Counted from the first letter of the stretch, positions 26,990 through 41,480 are shown. The stretch: 64,000 nucleotides of DNA from Eledone cirrhosa (GCA_964016885.1 OZ024741.1:315642001-315706000); one strand, 5' to 3'. Numbers and translations: made by a program. Notes: generated by a model from the letters alone, not told the origin.

Positions 26990-27990
26990 ACTAATATCTC
27001 CCATATATTTAGTTCCTCGCTTCACTTCAGCATAGGCCCTCTGCTTCTTTTCAGATTCCTTAACACGAGTAGCAATCAGATTTCGCTACTGGTCTCCTTC
27101 TGTTGCAAGATTTTCCCATGTTTTGGTATTGATGTTTACCTCAGTGTATCTTTGTGTCAGTATTTAAAGCACTTGTGTGGCTTTCACTGCATGTGTTTGC
27201 CTTGCAACAATTCTCCATATAATACTTGTTTGGGGAGTCTACTGACCTCTATGTGTACCATGTGACCTGAACACAAGAGACGCTGTTTCATGATCACCGT
27301 CTCGATGCTTGGCAGTCAGGTCCGTTGTAGCACATCGGTGTCTCGTATATGAGACCTCAAAGATATCTGGTGGATGGAGCGCGAGCACTGTTGGTAGAAA
27401 CGTTCGAGATGCTGAATATACCCACAGTATGTTGTCCATGACTCGCATCCATATAGCAAGGCTGTAAACGCATCTGCTTGATACACTTCATCTTTCGTGA
27501 GCATACTGATATCTAGCCGTGACAACAGGCGTTTCCCCAGCTTAACAAAAAGAATCGGAAGCTTTAAACAACCAGTAGCTTACCTCTTCAACAAAGATGC
27601 TGGTTCTGGTGAGAGTACTATCTAGGTTGACGAACTTATCCATAACCTTCAATATGTTCCTTTTGACAGATATGAATGGTGGAATATATGGCTTTCGGGG
27701 TGTATGATGGTACATCACCATTGTTTTTTTCAGGTTGATTGTCAGCCAAAACTAATCTCACGCTGCCGAGAAACAATCCATCAGATGTTGAAGGTCTTCT
27801 TCCGTGTAGCTAATATGACCACAGTCGTCTTTATAACGAAGATCACGTATTAATGCAATATATGTTTTAATGTAACAAACAATCCGCGGATGGAGAAGAG
27901 CCTTCTTGTTTTTCAATAACGTATATATATGCCAACACAAGAGTTGGCGAATCTATATAACAAAACATCTGCAAAGATGGCAAACAAAGT
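26990..27990 (-). pseudogene. RTE-clade LINE RT/C-terminal fragment
   Basis: DDC...TEEDLQHLMDCFSAA, LTINLKKTMVM and ALLYGCESWTTY...QHLERFYQQC are RTE/BovB-like motifs. Many stops. Confidence 0.8.
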
Positions 27991-28129
27991 CTTGATAAAG
28001 GTTCTAGGAGCTCAGTATTAACGCAAACCCACGCTCATAAGTCATCATGCAATGAACGTCTAAGTCCCATAAACTTCTCTACACGATCAAAGCTCATCTG
28101 ACTTACAACAAAGCTATTGTGTCGCACAT

Positions 28130-28425
28130 GTGTGTGGGATCCTCATATGTTCCAACGACCGAACAATCTGCTCTTGAAAATTAACGTGCAAGAGGCTGAG
28201 CATTCCACAGTCACGTGTTGTACATTTAACGACATTTTCAGTGATATTCACAGGGTGTAATTAGGCTGGCCCTTTGAATCACAGATAAACCCATTTTTTC
28301 TAGACTGGAGCAACGTAAAATAGTGTCATGCTCAAGAGCACCAATTGCTAACGGGTTCAGCAATTGAACTCATTAGATTATGACCGTAAGCCAAACACCA
28401 TGACCACCAAGCCACTCGCCTTCAA
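28130..28425 (-). mobile_element. Degenerate tRNA-derived SINE (third family)
   Basis: ATTAACGTGCAAG.GGCTGAGCA..GACTGGAGCAACGT..TGCTCAAG..ATTGAACTCA..ACCACCAAGCCAC.CGCCTTCA. Confidence 0.55.
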
Positions 28426-28774
28426 TAGGCTGACCTGACTCTCATCAACAACAGCAACACCACAACAAAATAACTACTCTCACTACAATCATTAATACTA
28501 GTACATATACTGTATTGAGTAAATCTCAAAATCAGAAAATCGATTCGCTCCATTCCCTCTCTATTTGTTCTTAATCACATGCAGGTCATTCAATGATTAT
28601 TTATTGATTGAATCCCTCCTTCTGAAATGAACCAGAAACTTCTATCGACCGATAAGAAGGAGAAATGTAAACTTTCGCCCATTGAAATTCACAAATACTA
28701 TATTTGTTAAAATCATGAATTGGTTCCCATATTGGAATGCAAGTATGGAGAAGGAAATACAAGGAAATGAGTAA

Positions 28775-29020
28775 TAAGGGTTTAGGCAGAAGGCTACCAA
28801 TTTTGGGGGAGGGGAAAGTCGATTAAATTGACCCCACTGCGTTACTGATACTTTATTTTATTGAATCCCTAAGGATGAAAGATAAATATAACCTCAACGG
28901 GATTGAATTCAGAATAATAATAAATAATTGTTTCTACTTTAGAATAATAATAAATAATTGTTTCTACTTTTGGCACAAGGCCAGCAATTAACCAGTGTAT
29001 TACTGGTACTTTATTTTATA
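28775..29020 (-). mobile_element. Two SINE family A fragments with a local 29-bp duplication
   Basis: Matches to 544-729. AGAATAATAATAAATAATTGTTTCTACTTT is duplicated at 28911 and 28941. Confidence 0.7.
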
Positions 29021-29039
29021 ATAATAAATAATAATAGCA

Positions 29040-29510
29040 ATGTATTCCTTGGAGAAGTAGAAATTAAAAGGGGTTGATTCCAAGGTGAACTAATTTCACC
29101 ATTACTATTTGTCATTGCCCTTATACCTATAATACTGACACTTAGGAATGTTAAAATGGGTGACCAATGTGGAAAGAAAGAACTATACATAAACCATCTT
29201 CTATTTATGGATGATCTGAAACTGGTCCGAAAATCAGATAGATTCTTTAGTTTAAAACAGTCCAGATATGTAGCAGTGCCATTGGTATGGAATTGGGGAT
29301 CTTCAAATGCTCGGTGCTCAATATGAAAAAAAAGGGGAATCAAACAACCTATAGTGGATTTAGAATGTCGTCGGGAGAAACCATATAGGAACCGAAGGTA
29401 ACGAATATAAGTATTTGGAGATTTTAGATGATATTTTACATGCAGAAATGAAAGAAAAGTTTAGAGACATTTAAAAAGAGTAAAAATAATTTTAAAATCC
29501 AGCCTGAATG
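29040..29510 (+). pseudogene. R4/Dong-like non-LTR RT fragment
   Basis: EVEIKRG*FQGELISPLLFVIALIP, INHLLFMDDLKL and YKYLEILD..HAEMKEK. Confidence 0.7.
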
Positions 29511-29519
29511 TGAAAATTC

Positions 29520-30400
29520 TAGTCAAGAATCTTCAAATCCATCCCGAGCCAGTCCTCTTTCTCAGTCTTTCTGACACCTATGAGTGTACGGTCGGGAACC
29601 TCCCCAACCACGCATCCCAGGAGCGACCGTATGTTCAGTCCTGGTGGGATCCTGAGAATGCGGACCTTGAATGTTCTTTTGCCCATATAGGACGGGTACA
29701 TAATTATGCGGTCCATCCTGCAGGGGGTGCTTAATAGCACTGGCCTCGGTTTGGAACAGCACCGAGATGGTGCCGAACTCTCTGCTTTGTATTCTATGTC
29801 ATCCTCGATGTATTCCAATGCTGCCTCAACTTCTGACTGGCTGACAAGTTCCGCCTTGCGTGTCTACACTGAAATACAGTGGAAATGCTAATTCCTTCTT
29901 TGCGTTGCTGTTATCGCTTCGTCTGGGATGGTGAAGTTGATGCAGGATTTTTCGCGCTTGATAAATTTCCAGCTTGAGCCAAGTGTTGCTCCTTGTACGT
30001 AATATCCACTTGAAAAAATGGCTTGGGTTTAGCAGCCGCAGCTGCGAATGAGTTGTCGTTGCTGTTGTTATTGCTAATAGTCATTTTTGGCTTATCGCTT
30101 TCTTTTTTCTCTTCGTTGTTTTTGGTGTTCTTGTTATTGTTGTCGTTGTTGCTATTGTTATTGTTGTTGTCACTGTTGCAGTTGGTGTCGGTGTTGTTCA
30201 TGGTGTTGTTGTTTTCGTTGTTGCAGTTGGTGTTATTGTTTTTAATTACGCTGGGGTTGTCCTTGGCGTTGTTTTCCTCATTTGTTTTATAGTTGTTGAT
30301 GTTACTAAATTAATTTTTGTTTTTTTTGTTTTGCATGTTATGTTTGTAGTTGTAATAGTGTCTTTGTCCCTCCCCTCAACGTTTAAGTCACTGTCACAAG
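29520..30400 (-). pseudogene. Possible LINE ORF1 (Tx1/L1-like) fragment with Asn-rich N-terminus
   Basis: Poly-Asn tract, SFAAAAAKPK, then YMGKRTFKVRILRIPPG. Frameshifted. Confidence 0.35.
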
Positions 30401-30403
30401 ACA

Positions 30404-30750
30404 GTGTTTTAGAGTAGTCACAGTCTCACTTACTTTAAATTTTCAGCAAATAGTACGAAACAGAGCTCTGTCAGCTTTATCTCCCCCTGTTTGCTGAAAA
30501 TTTAAAGTAAGTGAGACTCTAAAACAATAGCGTATGGTCTTCAAAATGCTTTTAATTAAGCATACAGTGTATTGCAAAATACACTATATATACATTCATA
30601 TATATATCGCTATTTCAGAGCACCAATTCTAATTTTCAATTTCTGCTTGACCGGCAACTGCTCTGTATAATCAGTTCTTGATTATTACTAGCATACAGTA
30701 TATTGCAAAATACGGTATATATACATTCATCAGAGCACCAATTCTAATAT
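30404..30750 (+). repeat. Family R2 copy: hairpin with deleted hammerhead, followed by a block shared with 33095-33318
   Basis: Inverted arms AGTCTCACTTACTTTAAATTTTCAGCAAA / TTTGCTGAAAATTTAAAGTAAGTGAGACT enclose GTAC GAAA CAGAGCTCTG TC AGCT. Confidence 0.75.
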
Positions 30751-30805
30751 ATATGTATATGTATATACATACATACATACATACATACATACATACATAC
30801 ATACA

Positions 30806-30836
<31 letters not shown>

Positions 30837-30847
30837 GTGTGGGTGTG

Positions 30848-30888
<41 letters not shown>

Positions 30889-31523
30889 ACATATATATAT
30901 ATATATTCAAATGTATATATATACACACACACCACACACACACAAACACATATATATATACACACACACACACACACATATATATATACGGACTTTAATA
31001 ACTAGCAGTGAAAAAGTAAGTGAATATGTCACTAGAGCATAAACCATTAGGAGAGGCAATAAATATGGCCGCCACATTGTACATCAGAGAAACGGTTCGA
31101 CGTTTGCAGCTAGCAGCGTCAACAGCAAGGCATTGATATCGTTGTTTATACATACACCTACCACTGTATATATACCTCCCATTTTCTCAATCACAATAGG
31201 AATATATATATAACTCAAGACACATTCTGTTATTTGCGCATGTATATGTGTGTGTTTGTAAGCATGTATATATTTATGTCTGTTTGTCTGTATGTATTCA
31301 TGAATGTATGTATGCATGCGTGTATGTATGTATGCATGCAAGCATGCATGTGTATATGTATGTATATATGTATGTACGTATGTATGCATGTATGTATGTA
31401 TATACGTATGTATGCATGTATGTATACAAAGTTTAGAAGATCTTTCAATCTTTACATAGAAACGATTATTAGATGGATAAAAGAGGATAACGAGCATAAG
31501 AGAAAAATTGAGAGAGAGAGGGG

Positions 31524-31556
<33 letters not shown>

Positions 31557-32506
31557 CAACGCAGACCATTTTCTTCATTTATATGTTTTTCTCTCACAAC
31601 TTCGTTTTCATTTATCTTTTTCTCCCTATATATTTGAAATTATATATGTGTGTGTGTGTGCGTGTGTGTGTGTGTGTGTGTTTGTGAGTGTGGGGCGTGC
31701 ATGTGCTTATGTGTATAAAAGTGTATGCGCTTGTATGTAATTATGTATGTTTAAAGCTATATTCACATAGATGTATTATGTTACATATAACATGTATAAT
31801 GTAATAAGATTGAGTATCTGGGAGCCATATAAAATGGAATTCGATTGAAATTCAATTAAGCTATTAGGCTTCTATCAGTAGAGTGAATTGCCTTGAGGAC
31901 ATTCGTGTACTGGAACCTCTGTTTGGATATGTATCAGTGGTTGTGGTGGATATACAAGATACGCACGCACACACTGCGTCCGGATTTATGGTGAGGCAGA
32001 AAGGGGCATTTGCCCAGGCTCCCAACCAGCAGAGGGCATTATCTGCAGACGTGGAACATATCAAGGTAGATACACTCTGGGATTGTCAAAGATACATCCC
32101 ACGATGGCCGTTTTTAATTTATCTTTTAGATACACCAAAATAATATTTTTAACCAATAGTACTTAATGTCGATCCTGTGGGCAATTCATCAAAATCTCTC
32201 TACTTTAGCGACATCATAGCTGTTTTAAATTGTGAGGGAGTGTGATCATTCAGTTTTATGTAAGAATATGGTGTATATGTGTAGGTACGTGTATATATAT
32301 ATGTGCGTGTGTGTGTGTGTATGTGTGTGTGTGTGTGTGTGCGCGTGTGTGTGTGTGTGTGTATGTGCGCGCGTGTGTGTGTGTGTTTGTGCGCGCGTGT
32401 GTGTGTGTGTTTGTGCGTGTGTGTGTTTATTGTCTTCAACACATAAAAGTGCTACCTCCGGTTTCGAACGCTGCATGTATGGTAGATTTTGCGTATGGTA
32501 GATAAT

Positions 32507-32683
32507 TGTTTCTACTTTAGGCACAAGGCCAGCAATCACCAGTGCATTACTGGTACTTTATTTTATCGACCCCGTAAGGATGAAAGGCAAAGTCAACGTC
32601 GGCGGGATTTGAACTCAGATCATAAAGGGACGTAACTATGCTGAAAAGCATGGCGTCCGACCCTCTACCGATACTGCCAATCC
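32507..32683 (-). mobile_element. SINE family A with 12-bp TSD
   Basis: Similar to 544-729. ATGGTAGATAAT at 32495-32506 and 32684-32695. Confidence 0.85.
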
Positions 32684-32942
32684 ATGGTAGATAATGCGAT
32701 GCTATCTTTCAGGCAATTGTAAGCAAAGATGGCCGACGCCGCTATTACCGTTAGATCGCGTTAGGTGAAAGAGAGACAACCTTGCGTCTTTATTAGCTTT
32801 TTTGTTTTCATAATGCAAGGGAAGTATTTTTTGTTAATATTAATGTTAATCAGCTATTAATTAAACTGCATTCTCAAACTAAGGAGAAAGACTCTTGCAA
32901 ATATGATGTATCATGATGTGTATAAACGTCAAGTACTAATTG

Positions 32943-32973
<31 letters not shown>

Positions 32974-33231
32974 TGTGTGTGTGTGAATATCTGTAAGGTG
33001 TTTGTGAGAGTGTGATATTACTCTCAAATTGGTTATTTATCGTAATGTCATGTCAAAGTATGTATGGGATATATATTATATATGTGCGTTTGTATACCTA
33101 TTTCAGAGCACCAATTCTAATTTTCATTTTCTGCTTGACCGGCAACCGCTCTGTATAATCAGTTCCTGATTATTACTAGAATTCTATAAGAATCAAACAT
33201 TCGTGATTTTCAGCAAACAAGTGGAGTACTT

Positions 33232-33276
33232 AGCTTTGATAAGTACCAAATAGTACGAAACAGAGCTCTGTCAGCT
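33232..33276 (+). ncRNA. Type-I hammerhead, U3-A8 variant, with long extended stem I (family R2)
   Basis: AGCT TTGATAA GTAC-caaata-GTAC GAAA CAGAG-CTCTG TC AGCT. Flanks TTTTCAGCAAACAAGTGGAG / CTCCCCTGTTTGCTTAAAA extend the pairing. Confidence 0.8.
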
Positions 33277-33319
33277 TTATCTCCCCTGTTTGCTTAAAAT
33301 TTAAAGTAAGTGAGACTAT

Positions 33320-34975
33320 CCTGGTGTTGTGTCTAAGGTGATTGTAGGATTGTGTTATTGTTGGTGTATGCCACAAGCAGGTGTGCCTTCATATGTGGGC
33401 ATTTCTGAACATCTTGGTCTTACTGTTCAGAAATTTGGTCGCTTACTTCAAGCCCTGTAATATCCTGTATTTCTCACTACCACAGGGCGAACACCTTTTG
33501 TTTACTTTAATATATGGTTTGGCGTACTCCAAGAGGCTCCATTCTACCTTGCTTTGTATGTTCATATCTTTAATCTCCCTTAAGCGGGTAGCCAGTGCGG
33601 TTGTTTTTCCGATACTAATATCTAACGATATGTGGGTAGTACTGCTGTTTGAAGCAGTCCGTTGTAATTCCCACATACCGTTCATTTACCGCTGGTTGGC
33701 CATTTACATTTTTTACAATCGTCGCTTCGTAGACTACTGATCTTGTGTTTCATTTATTTTGTAGGGACACCCTTCTTTTTTCCTGCCTGTTAAATATCTT
33801 ACTATACCGATGGTAGGGTGGGAAGTGCTTATCTATTAGTTGTAAGGATTTTCTACCTACGTTGGTCTTCACTGCTAGGGAGTAGGTTTTTTTTTAACCA
33901 GATAATTTTTCTATTTCTATACTTAGTTGTGTTTTTGTTGTTACTATTTGGCATATAATCCTCTCCTTGAAACCTCTATCGCTAAAAGCTTTATTGCAGG
34001 AAGAAAAAATCGACTAATATTAGGCATCAGGTTTTTAAATACTATTGGTGGGAACATAACCCTCTCTTGATCTATCTTAATTTTTCATTAGGCTTATGGT
34101 AGGGTCTGCAGCTAAATCTAAATTGGCATCTGCGAAATTCGTGTTAGTTAAGTTAGTATCTACGGTTACGTGGAGGCCTAGTTCATTAAAGGTCTATATT
34201 AGGTATTTACGGAAGTTATCTAGGGAATGGCTGTTCTTATTCTGGAAGATAGCCGGGCCATCGCCCCGATATAGTCCAATGATAATCCAACCAAATCAGA
34301 GATATCTAAGCTGTCATCCGACGCCATTGAGGCATGGAAAGAGTTCTCTGGGATTGAATTTTTAACATTGGTAGAATTGCTGGCGTACATAATTACATCT
34401 AATCCCTGGTTATTAATCAGGCCGGATCAACGAGAAAAGTGTAAAGCTCTATCAAAGTGTAAAGCACGAGAAATAAAGGAGTTGAAGACCGTGTTATGAA
34501 ATTGAGTGAACTTAGCCATATTTATATCAGAGATATTCTGAAATCAAGATAATACTGAATAAGTATTAATCCACTGGAATAGGTTGGCCTTACTGTTAGT
34601 GCGTTTATTCATATCTCATAGGTTCTTCTTACCAGATAGTCCTATCTCGCTTCTAGTGGGGTGTATAAATCTGCAACTAGGCCTATTAGTAAAGCCACTT
34701 TTATGATCTTTCAAAGTGATATAAGCAATGTGCTTGGTTGAGCTTTCTGTATGTCTATCTATTTTAAAGTGTTTAGCGATCTCTTTAGAGTCATTATTAA
34801 TATTGTTATAAGTTGTATGTTTAGCTTTTTGATATATGTTAGTTATATTATTAAGTAATAGTTGATTATGTTTATGTTTTTCTATTTCGTTTAAGTCTTT
34901 TGTTTCATCAGAGATGTATTTTTAGAAGGTTTAAATTTGTTGAGATCATGTAAAAATTCAATTTGGAAATGACTA
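33320..34975 (-). pseudogene. Decayed Penelope-like element (RT + GIY-YIG), LYRDD-type
   Basis: Minus: AYITLKDHKSGFTNRPSCRFIHPTRSEIG, IGLYRGDG, and TTALATRL..VEWSLLEYAKPY..KRCSPC..EK..LNSK..RKCPH. Confidence 0.8.
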
Positions 34976-35135
34976 TGGTACGCACGGAATTTATATTATT
35001 AATCAGATGTAGCAATATATATACAGGAAAATGTTCAAGACCCCGACGGCAGAGCTATTACTCACTCTACTACCCTAAGTATTGAGTACTCTGGTGCGTT
35101 ATGGTCCATCTGGTTCCTTACCACACTTCATTCGT

Positions 35136-35232
<97 letters not shown>

Positions 35233-35745
35233 AAAACCGAAGGTCAGACTTTAAGGTTTCCAAGTAAAAAAATAATACATATTTCAATGGCCAAATTACA
35301 TCATCTGATCATGAAACATGACCTTGGTGACATCGTCAGATGCGGATTGCATAATAAGTTATTCAATAATAAGTATTACAGCAAACACAAACAAAGAATA
35401 TACCTAATCCAAACATGGCTCGCAAAATTCGGCGTTATAGATGGGGCGAATCATCTCTGAAATAGCAGAATCGTTATGAATCAAATCGATTTGAGGTCAT
35501 CTTTGTCTTTCATCATTACGCATTTCAAAATATTAGATTCTATATAAAGTGTGTGTGTTTATTTGTATATGTGTGTATGTGTGTTATTCTACGTCTGTGT
35601 CAATCCGTTAACTTAAAACCAATTGGTCCGAAGACAATTCTATAAAATTGCATCTACATTTAATAACCAATCATTTTTGTCCCTACTCCTCTGCACCAAT
35701 TCTTCATTTTCAAAATGATGGCTATTTGTGACTGATGGGAGCCTT

Positions 35746-35915
<170 letters not shown>

Positions 35916-36039
35916 ATGTATATACGTACGTAGTTGACGGCCGAGAGAAAAGAGTAATAAAAAAACCGAAGTAGAATTTTAAAATTCATTTTAATATAGT
36001 GAGGAGATGCAGGAAAAATCCAGAGTAAAAAGTCAAACT

Positions 36040-36471
36040 ATTCGGTGTGCCCGGCTGACTGAACTCACTCGATATGCAAATTAGGCTGCTCAGCCGTTAA
36101 TATGCATAAGGAAAGTATATACTTTCAGACGTTCAACCATCTGGCAGGAAGGTATACGATGCTGACGATATCTAATAAGCTTGAAACTAGTACATCGTTC
36201 CTGTGTCAGCGTTGAACAAAAAGGTGATGTGGTTGCCTAAACACTGTACGGCGTAATTCGGGCTGTTTGTTTGTTTACAATAAACAAACCGAGCATTATA
36301 ATAAATGTTCGGTAAACCGATATGTGCATATATATATGTGTGTATGTATATATATACATACTACTGTACGTCTGTATACATATATGTATGTACGTATACA
36401 TACATACATACTTACATTTAAGTAAGTGCCGTACTAAGAGTGAGAAATGAAATTTCGTTTCATTCTATTCC

Positions 36472-36475
<4 letters not shown>
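36040..36475 (+). mobile_element. Retrozyme-like family R1 monomer, hammerhead at 36156-36198
   Basis: ACGATG CTGACGA TATCT-aata-AGCTT GAAA CTAG TA CATCGT. Collinear with 18100-18560 but starts at a different point. Confidence 0.75.
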
Positions 36476-36551
<76 letters not shown>

Positions 36552-36780
36552 GTGTATTAATCTGGCAACGAAGATTAAATCAAATAGCCAACATATTTTA
36601 CAATGCAGCGTTACAAATACTCTGCAGCTGCAGTGCTTCGTTATGCTTTATAAGCCGCTTGCACATGTCGTCGAAAGCTGTAAAAGCTGAGAAAAGTGAA
36701 GGTTCTTTCTGAAGTTATAATGTGATCTTTGTGCACCGATAATGTAGGTTAATGCATTTATGCACACAACCTGTAGACAG

Positions 36781-36867
<87 letters not shown>

Positions 36868-37043
36868 CTGTGTGTGTGTGTGTGTGTGCGTGTGTGTGTA
36901 TGTGTAGACACACATGTATATGTACACATATATATAATGTACATATATGTGTATATATACACAAACACGTTGGCATATATACGTATATGTACATACATAC
37001 TTGCATATATATATATTTATATATATATATATATGTGTGTGTA

Positions 37044-37093
<50 letters not shown>

Positions 37094-37319
37094 CATATAT
37101 GTAAATATGTGCAGTTATAGATACACGTGTATGCGTGTGTATTTGCGTATAAGAGCATGTTTGAGTGAATTTGTTCGTGAGTGTTTAAATATACAATGTG
37201 TATATAGTCATGTACTTCATCATTCTATATTTAAACTCTTATGTACTTGTATAAAATCGAAGGAGACAATGTTACACGAACACAATCACACAGACGCGCA
37301 CACACATATACATAAACAC

Positions 37320-37890
37320 ATGGTGGCTGCCAACTCGTTTTCGAGTACGGCCACTACTTTATATCCATGTAGGAGAACCCCTACCGATGCGCTGAACGAG
37401 TGTGACTTTTTAGTCCAGCCAGCGACTTGAAAACTCTGGTACAAACACTACACTTGTGACAATTATCGACACATAGTGCTTTGCCTTTGGTACCATGTGA
37501 CGAGAAGTGCAGAGAGATCTCCAGATATAAAGCAATGCCTGTGCCGTGAAGCTTTTATAGTGAGCAAAGGCACTGCACAAAGCCTGTCCCACTCTCTTAA
37601 CCAAGATGATATTTACCAAAAAGAAGAACAAGTCAACATCATTGGATACCATCAGGGTTGCAGGTGTTATATCAGAGTTTTCCTTCTCCTAGAATTCTGC
37701 CTTGACAAAGGCTAAGGGGTCATCTCTCCCAGTGATTTTGGATGGCCATTGACTCTTAAGAGCTCCTTTGCCCTTTGACAGGTTTTGTTTTTAGTCCTGC
37801 AGGATGTCCAAAGTCACCCTCCTCACCAAGAAACCTTAGTGGGGTTGCCAGTTTAGTCGCCAACGACCTGACCATGAGACAGGTTGTACT
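37320..37890 (-). mobile_element. Repeat family Y copy
   Basis: Reverse complement of 20950-21348 and of 13065-13205. Confidence 0.8.
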
Positions 37891-39367
37891 GGGATACATG
37901 TTACCAGTAGCATCTGGGTTTATTTTGTCAATTGTTTTTATTTAAATAATAATAAACATAAACACATACAAACATACATACATACATACACAGCTACAAA
38001 GCATATACACATGCACACATACAACTCAAAACTTACACACCCACACATACAATAACATCCATATCTACATATGCATGCAGACATGCATACACATCTGCCT
38101 AGTTGATGTTGTGTAAATTCCAATGAGAGAGTCTAATGTCTATGTTAGAAACCGACTCTCTCTCTATTGGTAACAATTTGTGAAATTATAAAACCAGAAG
38201 AACATACATACATATATAACCATTTTTATAGAAAGCAACATTGCATAGTATGTCTGTGTAAACTCTGTGTTATGAAACAAATGAAAGAGTATGAAACTAT
38301 ATTTCAACGAAGGCTAATTATATACTCCGATATATAAGTAACTCTGTATTTTATATCATAAATGTTTAGCTGGAATCTTACACAGGCTCATATGCATTCG
38401 AATACACAAACACTCATAGTAATTTGAATGCGTGTACACACACACACATACGAAATTATATATATGTATATATATAAAATTCTTTAACATACCTTTTTCT
38501 TTCTATACATATAAGTGTACGTATAGAGAATACACACACATACATCCATTTCTCCCACAAACTTTATACCAACAGAGATATTTATTTTTACGTTGTAACA
38601 AGCCGTCTATCTTACGTTGTCCTTTTAGTTAAATGTTCGAAACTACAGGTGGTCTAAAAGCTGATGAGAAAATTCAATGCCTGTGAGATCCCCTCTTGTC
38701 TGTTTTATCCGTTTCTCATTTCTTCCTATCGCTTCTACGAGTCAACACACTTTTAACCACTGATTTCTATCTTTTGAGGTAAATTTTACGCAACGTCATT
38801 TTGCTGTTTTAACCGCTTCCTTGCGACGAGCTCTTCCAATTCTAATACAATCTCGTTTCAAACTCGTTATTCGAGATATATTTGTTTAAATATATATATA
38901 TATACAAATGAATATATGATAGGGATAAACACTGATACAATTATACATGTGTTCGCATTGCAAATGACCAAGTTAGCTAGATTGAAATATACTAATTAAA
39001 ATAATACGGTTTGCCTGTCTCGATTTAAAATAATAAATCAATAAAAACAAACCTATATTGCCATGATACCTATATTGCCGTGATACCTGGAGAAATTTTA
39101 AATTTGTTTCGCAACAATTAAGTGAAAGTTCCCATTCCTGTGCTCTTCTGCAGGTATCCAGAAATTGGTAAGTTTCACTTCAAAATACTTAAGAAGACTG
39201 AGAGAAATGTTTTGTTGAACGCACATGTGTCCCAGTGCCTAGCTCGTCCTATACTCGTACCGCTAAAAGTAGTAGCCGGTTTCATTGTTTCATTTGTATT
39301 ACACGGCTCAGAAATATTCCTTTCTTTGAGCTACTTAATTGTAAAACACTATTTGAGTTTATAACTC

Positions 39368-39508
<141 letters not shown>

Positions 39509-39769
39509 GGTGTGTGTATGTGCGTATATGTGAGTGTGTTAATAGAAAGACAAGGCATATATACTGTTATTCAATGAATCATTTATTGAATACAGGAAAG
39601 ACTTGCTCGTGTTTCAATGCGTTAACTTATCGGTCTGTGAGAGTTACATTATTACATAATTCCTTATTCGGTACTAATAGTTTTAAACGTATTTCTTTCA
39701 AAAAAATCTAGGGCAAAATAATGATAAAAGTGCTTATAATCAGGCTTATACAGAATTTCTCATATACAT

Positions 39770-40070
39770 GAGTAAATAATTTGGGCGATACCGAAAATGT
39801 CTTCAAAAGACGGCTATATGTGCGCACACTTATTTAAGACGCCAAACTCATCTACATCAACGACGCTTGCAAAAGACTCTTGGGATTAAAACAGAAGAAT
39901 ATTGACTATAAAATATCATGGTGAATTGTACAATCGGCTAGACCCTATTAGGGCGAATGATTAGGATGAAAACTTTGCTCAAAAGAAGTGCTTGAAATCC
40001 TGACTAGAAAGGACCTATTAAACTCCAGATACGACCCAATCTTCAATTACTAACATAGATCTTTAAAAAG
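39770..40070 (+). pseudogene. PLE GIY-YIG endonuclease fragment
   Basis: GDTENVFKRR..STTLAK..LKQKNIDYKISW*IVQSARPY..KLCSKEVLEIL..LLNSR. Confidence 0.65.
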
Positions 40071-40762
40071 ATTTTTTTAATTCAATCCATGTTAGCACAT
40101 ATATTCACACTTAGTAACTAATCGCATAAATACATCTTAACTATACAACACCAAACGGCAGTCTGCAAACCTCAATATATGGTGATATATGTCGAACATT
40201 GACGATATACAAATTTTACTGTTATACACACACCACCGCTTATACATTCCGGAGCACATAAATATCATTACAACTTAGTTAATATTCACACCGATAGATT
40301 AACTTCAAGGTAATATAATCGCCTGCTCCTTAACCTTATTCTCCACACACACACACACACACTCACACACTCACACACTAACACATCTAAGGTAAACTAC
40401 AACACATGTACTACCGGATAATACGACAATGCATGATTTAATCCTATAACCTCTACACTTATAGCTAATGTAAATCCCAAACGTACACACATACCTTCTT
40501 TTCTTGCTCCTTCATAAAATTATTTCTTATCAGTCATATCTCTGTATATATCTAATCTCCAGCAGGACACCGCTTTCACAGTATCACAAAGCGACATGGA
40601 GAGGCCTATAGGAAGTGTTATCATTCTTCCACAGTTCAAAGCCCATAATTTCTCTTAATCTTAGTACTGATCTTTAGGCCTTCCTATTCTATACAATCGC
40701 TCACTACCTATGTTTCATTTTGTACATTAGTTAAATATCCTATCCCTATATACTTACGATAT

Positions 40763-40872
<110 letters not shown>

Positions 40873-40877
40873 GACGG

Positions 40878-41480
40878 CTAGTCTGCTGATATGCGAATCT
40901 GGCTGATCAGTGGATTTGCTAATATGCAGATTTGTCTGATCAGCCAGTCTACTGATTTGCAAATCAGGCCGATCAGTACTGTGTATTTTTGAAAATAGCA
41001 TATATTTTCACTACCTCTGAGAGTTTGGCAGGTGAACAGTGAGCTGTACTGATGACGGGTGATACCCATAAACGTTAGTGTCTGCAGTTCTGTCGCATGC
41101 CAACATAAGAGCAAGAATGAAGTGTTCATTCTACTGACATGGCTATAAAATTGAGCCTTGTTTGCATAATTGCAAACGAATCGAATGTTATTATCAATAT
41201 TCGAAAAACTCAGATTACATTTATTGTATTCAGCCATGTAGAGCAAAATTTTCTTATTTATTTGAATTTAGCAAAGCCGGCCATTTATCGCTCGTATACA
41301 GGAAACTGACTGGCCAGTCTGCTGATATGCAAATCTGGCTGATCAGTGGATTTGCTAATATGCATATCTGACTGATCAGCCAGTCTGCTAATATGCAAAT
41401 CATGCCGATCAGTCACTGTGTATTTTTGAATATAGCATAAATTTTCACTAGCTCTGAGAGTTTGGCAGGTGAACAGTGAG
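40878..41480 (+). repeat. 1.4 copies of a ~437-bp unit with internal ~32-bp subrepeats and a degenerate hammerhead (family R3)
   Basis: 40880-41043 is repeated at 41316-41480. CTGATGA C-GGGT-gat-ACCC-A TAAA CG TT at 41049-41077. Confidence 0.7.

Noticed and set aside
31864-32143. Non-repetitive stretch with short ORFs on both strands as a host exon
   Set aside because: No recognisable domain or convincing splice sites.
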